A DNA stretch of 64,000 nt from Epithemia pelagica (Eukaryota > Protista > Bacillariophyta): assembly GCA_946965045.2 (NCBI GenBank), contig OX337230.1, positions 2,170,001 to 2,234,000 on the forward strand. The letters run 5' to 3'. The number at the start of each line of letters is the position of its first letter. Within the stretch, counting starts at the first letter, position 1. Under the pieces are notes generated by a model, which saw only the letters and a program-made list of their open reading frames with translations, ran no database searches and had not been told where the DNA came from. Shown here piece after piece: positions 59,300-64,000 of the stretch. A program made the position numbers and the translations under genes.

Positions 59300-61519
59300 T
59301 TATCCGTTACCAATTTCAGTATCGTGAGTGATCTTGGATATAGTTTTCTCGGGTGGTGTCGCTGAGAGCTCTACATCCGAAAGTCCAAATTTTTGGCGTA
59401 CATATGCAGTATTCCAAACTTGATCAAGATTCCAGGTATAGTGTGTTGTAGTCTGTGAGCATGGCAACGAGGCGTTTGAGGCCGTGGCCACACAGCACTG
59501 GCAGCAAGGACAATACGACATGGATGCATTGGACGCATTGGATATACCTCCCAGATCACCAACAGAGTCTTTTTCTGTCTCGCTCTGGTGCATCACACAA
59601 TTATCCATTGTGAATTCTTCCAGACTAGGGACGCAGAGTGGAGCCACCTCGATTCCTACGCTCCATGAATTTTCGTGCACCACCAGAGTCTCGAGATAGC
59701 GAAACTGAGTCATGACTGGGGCAAAGTCGCCCGTGAAATGGTTCCGAAACAAGATGACGTTTTGGAGGCGAACCGCCGCCGTGAGCGCTCTAGGTATCTC
59801 TCCAGTCATGGCATTGTCACCCAAATCCAACGTTTCAAGTTGAGTCTACCAACTTTTTGTCACGTCATCTCTTGCAAAGGAAAGCATTTCCTCTATGGAA
59901 CCTTTGCGATTGGTCTGTTGAAGTGACAAGTGCTTCAATGTAGGCATTGCCTCATTGGTGTAGGAAGTTTCCACGACGAAATCACGAGGCACAGGTCCAG
60001 CATCAAAATTGTTGAACGACAGGTCAACATATTGCAGCTTCGCGGGCGGAAACCCAGTGGGTAAGGGACCAGTCAAATCATTGAATGAAACATCCAAGTG
60101 ATAGAGTTGAGAAGCGTTTGTCACCAGTGACAATGGGAACAGACCGCTGAACTGATTACCACTGGCGGAAAAGTATTGTAGCGTCGACATTTTGCTCACA
60201 TTTGGGATCGTCCCAGTCAATGAATTATTTCCAACGTCAAGTACCACCAAGGAATCGCTAAAAAGCCAATCTGGAAGACCACCCACCAAATGGTTCTTGC
60301 TTAGATCCAAAACTGCCAGCGTGGGCCAAAGATGAGTCACTAGAGGATCAGTCTCGCTTGCAGACAAATTCCCAGTCAATCCCATGTTGGAAGCAAGAAG
60401 CAACTGCAAATTTTTCAATTTACTCAAGAGCAGTAAGGGGTTGGTAGCACCAGAAGAAGACAACGGGTTTCCACTTAACGATAATTGCGTAAGATTGGAC
60501 ATGTTTTGAATTGATTCAGGAAGAGTTCCGGTGAGAGTATTGTTGGCCAATAGGAGTACAGTCAAGTTCTGCATGTCTCCCATCCAAAGGGGAAGAGATC
60601 CGTCAATCTCGTTCGAGGTCAGATCAAGCATTTTGAGCTTTTCAAAATTTCGAGCTGCGAGAGGAAATTCTCCTCCAATATTGTTGTGGCTGAGACGTAG
60701 TTCTTCTAGATCATGCAGTAATGCCAGTTCGTGTGGAAGTGTCCCTGCAAGTCCCATGCGGGGCAAGACAACGCGCTTCACCAACGACGACGCGTCCTTG
60801 TCATAGCAACCTGGGGAATAGGACGAAGAGGCACCATCCGTACATAGTCCACAGTCTATACCAATTCGAAAGGAAGGGCTCTCCTTGTTCCTGACATTCC
60901 AGGCAGTCATTCCCCATTCACAAACATGTGCACTTGACAACCAATCCATGTCGTACACCCAACTTCGACCATGCAGTGCAAAGTACAAGACAGCGACTAC
61001 AAAGCGTTCTTTCAGTTCCGGATGAATCGTTGGTGTTGTGAAATCCAAATGTCGTCGATCAAATTCGGACAACCAAACGCAGGCATCCCATTGTGGTCCT
61101 TTGTGACTTTCAAGTAGTGACGGGGAGACCCAACCTTCCTGGTACACAACAATGTTGATCAATTGATTAAACCTTTCCATTTTAGTTGTTGTGTTTTCTT
61201 GAATTAATGATTCGTTGGTAGTTGAATTATCATCCTCGTGATATTTGAGGAAGGGGATGGATTGTATCCAGATACCTGCGCCAACCATTACAGAAACAAC
61301 TATTATCGCCGCAAGAAACGAAAGCGCCAATACGAATAACAGTGCGTGTCTCAACCAGCGGAGACGGTCACGACAGGTCCAGCGGCGTCGGCGGTGGCGG
61401 CGGTGACGACGACTGCGTCGAGGGGAGGATGCAGACTTTTGTCTGTTACCGGAACTGGACTCTGCGCCGCTCAAAACAATCGCCAAACGTTTGCTCAACA
61501 TCATGATTGTCATGATCAT
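59300..61519 (-). pseudogene. Type-II membrane leucine-rich-repeat protein (diatom-type) with an in-frame TAG at 59846-59848
   Basis: Arg-rich N-terminus, TM helix, PQWDACVWL...ERFVVAVLYFA..G..W...W cap, plant-type LxxLxLxxNxLxGxIP repeats and a CPCCQCC end. ORFs 59846..61519 and 59300..59830 share a frame. Confidence 0.8.
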
Positions 61520-61909
61520 CGGTTGATATTTGGGTGTGTTTACTGTTGCTCATCCGATAATAATGGTTGTGTTGTCTTTTGCCCTGCCATCACGAGAGTG
61601 TCGCGAGGTGGTTGTCATGTCTTTATCGTTTATTGCGGTGAGATGATGACTTTGTGGTGGTGAGCAACCCAAAGACCCATGGAGATTGGTCATTTCAAGT
61701 GAAAAAGCCAGAATTCTTGTTGGGTGAAACCTTACCAGATCTTAGGTCTTGCTGTATCCTCATTCCTATTGGAGTTCTCCAGGTGAAGTTCGTTGCAGTT
61801 CGTCCTTCGTGCGTGTTTCTGTGTATGTCGTCATTGATGATGGCCATTGACGATTCTCCCATTTCGAAGAAGATTCACGTTGTCGATCGTATTGCTCATG
61901 CTTGTGTAT

Positions 61910-62694
61910 ATGCCAATGTCAGTCGTAACATATTTCAACACCTATCTAGTTGTCTTTCAAGTATGTCTGCTGTTGTTAACACAGCAACCCAAGAATGTTG
62001 AAGGCTTTGCATCATTGTCCAGATTCGGGCGGCAAAATCACATCCAGCAGCCGATGGAAACGACCCACGTCAACAGTTTGGTCAGTTCAAGGTCATCGCA
62101 GAGCTGCTCTCCAACGACACTCTTTGCGACAGAAGAAAAGGCTGCTCCAATGGTAACGGGAGAAGAACTGGAACTTATGCTACAGGAGTGGGATCAACCC
62201 CTTGTTTTGGATGCCTACGCGACATGGTACGTGTTGGTCGAACTTCTTCGACCAACGTCTTTGAACATACGACGTCGTGATGTTTACTTGCGATTCTGCA
62301 AAATGCCAGAGCATGTCGTCATTATCTCACAAACATGAAATGTGTCTGGCTATTGCTGTTGCTCCTTTTTTCATGATTCTACGTGATTCGCAGGTGTGGT
62401 CCATGTGTATTGATGGCACCAGAATTTGAATCGGCTGCACAGGAACTCAAAGGTCGGGTGCGGTTTGTCAAGATGGATACTGACCAAGAAGAGACCATGG
62501 CAGCTCGCTTAAATATCATGGGATTGCCAACTCTCCTTTTCCTGGGGAAGTACGAACCCAAAGAAGGAGAGGAGAACGCTGCTGCCAAGGCCGTATTGAA
62601 AGGCAGAATTGAGGGCGCCTTACGGAAACAGGACATTGTGGATTTATGTGAACACTACTTCTTTGGGGCACCGGCGCCACAACAATTGTATTAA
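61910..62694 (+). CDS. Plastid-targeted thioredoxin (WCGPC), 2 exons
   Basis: Intron 62227-62393 splits the W of WCGPC. Signal peptide ends VEG-F (ASAFAP-type cleavage), followed by a Ser/Thr-rich transit peptide. Confidence 0.88.
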
Positions 62695-63220
62695 CTTCTA
62701 ACCTATCCAGGCATGGCGGTAAACACTTCATGGTTGCGAGTTGCGACACAATCACGTCGGCCAGCAACATATTACGTTCTAGTGGTTTGAACTTCTCGTT
62801 TCTCGTATGCCATTTTCGTCCGACTGCGGGTTTCCTCAGCCCAAACCATTTCAGTAGCTGCTCGGATGGTCGACCAGTAGACTCAAAGCAACGATGAATG
62901 GAGCGGTAGATGGTACCCGTGCCGTACATTTGCACAGAATCATCCGTCAATCGCGCCAAACCTTCACTTTGTAACTTTACATCCAGCGTCTACAAGATCA
63001 AAATGTAATGTCACTTGTCACAACATGTCGATCCAGTGCTTGTGTCAACCTCTTGGGCGAAAAAGTTTTTCTTTCGTTCCAACGTCACAACAAAACATCC
63101 ACGTGGAACATGAAGCTCTTGATCGAATTCGTGAATCAAACGTCGCAATGCGCTGCGGGTTTGGTGAGTTATATTGAAGCCCTTTCGTTGCTTCTTCAAA
63201 GTGCTCGGTGTTTTTCTCAA
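62516..63220 (-). CDS. Possible spliced hypothetical protein, start unresolved
   Basis: A GT-AG intron at 62990-63049 would join FFAQE|TLDVKLQ in frame. The upstream frame contains stops and the 3' end overlaps the thioredoxin antisense. Confidence 0.3.
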
Positions 63221-63533
63221 GCGTTATAGTATATTCTTTCCATGTCAATCATCATAATATTTTTCAATGAAACCGTCACTCATTCCAGTCATGAACACTG
63301 GGAAGTTTTGTTTTCTCCATCTGTTCTTCGGCACGATAGTTCGGTAAGCCACGCGAAAAAGTAACGAAGGAGAACTTGCAGGTTCGTCTTTCGTCTTTCA
63401 CTTCTTGACTCTTTTGACACACAAAAAACAAACTCAAGAGCTTTGACACTTCGCCTCTATCTTTCTTTGACCCCCATTTGACACTTTGTCAGTTTTATTT
63501 TATTCCTTTCCGACAACCACAAACTCTCTCATC

Positions 63534-64000
63534 ATGACACTTCCGCAAACAATCACTGGAAAGCCTTTCGAACATCAGGGCGAAAGCATGGCCTCAACAA
63601 TTCGTTCTGAAGCCGCTTGGGACGATGAAATGGCTTTCTCCGTCGACCAACTCTTCTTTGTAACCAGTTACAGGTGGGTAGATGTGATCAGAGATCAAAA
63701 TGAGCAGAGATCTTGATAAACCTCACTTTTCTATGTTTCTTGTATTCGTGTTGAACAGTGACTTTGATAAGCTTGCCCATGGCCCTCGGGGAATGGAAGC
63801 AAAACATTCTTTGCATGTTTACCGATTCCACCCCCATGACGGTTCCATGTTGCTTCTCAACATCTGTGGCTCTGCAAGTGAAGTGAAGAACCCTGCGTTC
63901 TCTATCTGTCACCCTCGGCTAAATGTTGTTTACACATGCACTGAAGACATTGTCAACAATGGTAGGATTTTCGCTTATGCATTGGGCGATAATGGTGAAC
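63534..64000 (+). CDS. Lactonase-type beta-propeller (6-phosphogluconolactonase/Pgl-like), truncated by the window end
   Basis: Intron 63674-63758 gives VTSY-S-DF...VYRF...G.M.L...NPAF...HP..NVVY.CTE. Confidence 0.72.

Noticed and set aside
654-59848. Stop-codon reassignment suggested by several in-frame TAG/TAA codons (654, 6394, 10999, 13167, 22245, 59846)
   Set aside because: The expected residues differ (Tyr, Trp, others). Conserved genes have no internal stops and use TAG/TAA as normal terminators (ABCF ends TAG, SKP1 ends TAA). Decay or base errors explain them better.
1-64000. CRISPR array, rRNA or prokaryotic defence operon
   Set aside because: No regularly spaced repeat-spacer array or rRNA-like sequence was seen, and the genes are spliced eukaryotic genes.

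Overview
Eukaryotic DNA that looks like a diatom (inferred from a CoDi-type Copia element, short GT-AG introns, a bipartite plastid presequence and diatom-type LRR proteins). It has two halves. About 1-32.6 kb is a nested transposon block. (i) A young, full-length Ty1/copia LTR retrotransposon (949-9332; 783-bp LTRs, one mismatch seen; CCATT TSD) is inserted into the RT gene of a decayed DIRS/Ngaro-like retrotransposon. It carries an extra ORF upstream of gag, one in-frame TAA, and a non-canonical PBS matching a tRNA-Asn anticodon arm. (ii) A candidate Pack-type TIR element (15119-18351) carries gene fragments, including the C-terminal half of a signal peptide peptidase. (iii) A second TIR element (46-bp perfect TIRs, TA TSD, 18353-27829) encloses a full-length APE-RT-RNase H non-LTR retrotransposon, resembling the Xenopus Tx1 composite. 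(iv) A frameshifted, unclassified transposase-like gene. About 34-64 kb is a compact block of mostly intact genes: ABCF, Rab escort protein, JmjC, long-chain acyl-CoA synthetase, ARM protein, SKP1, DnaJ, LanC-like, double-domain HSP20, LRR membrane protein, plastid thioredoxin and a lactonase. All family calls come from motif recognition by eye; no database search was run.
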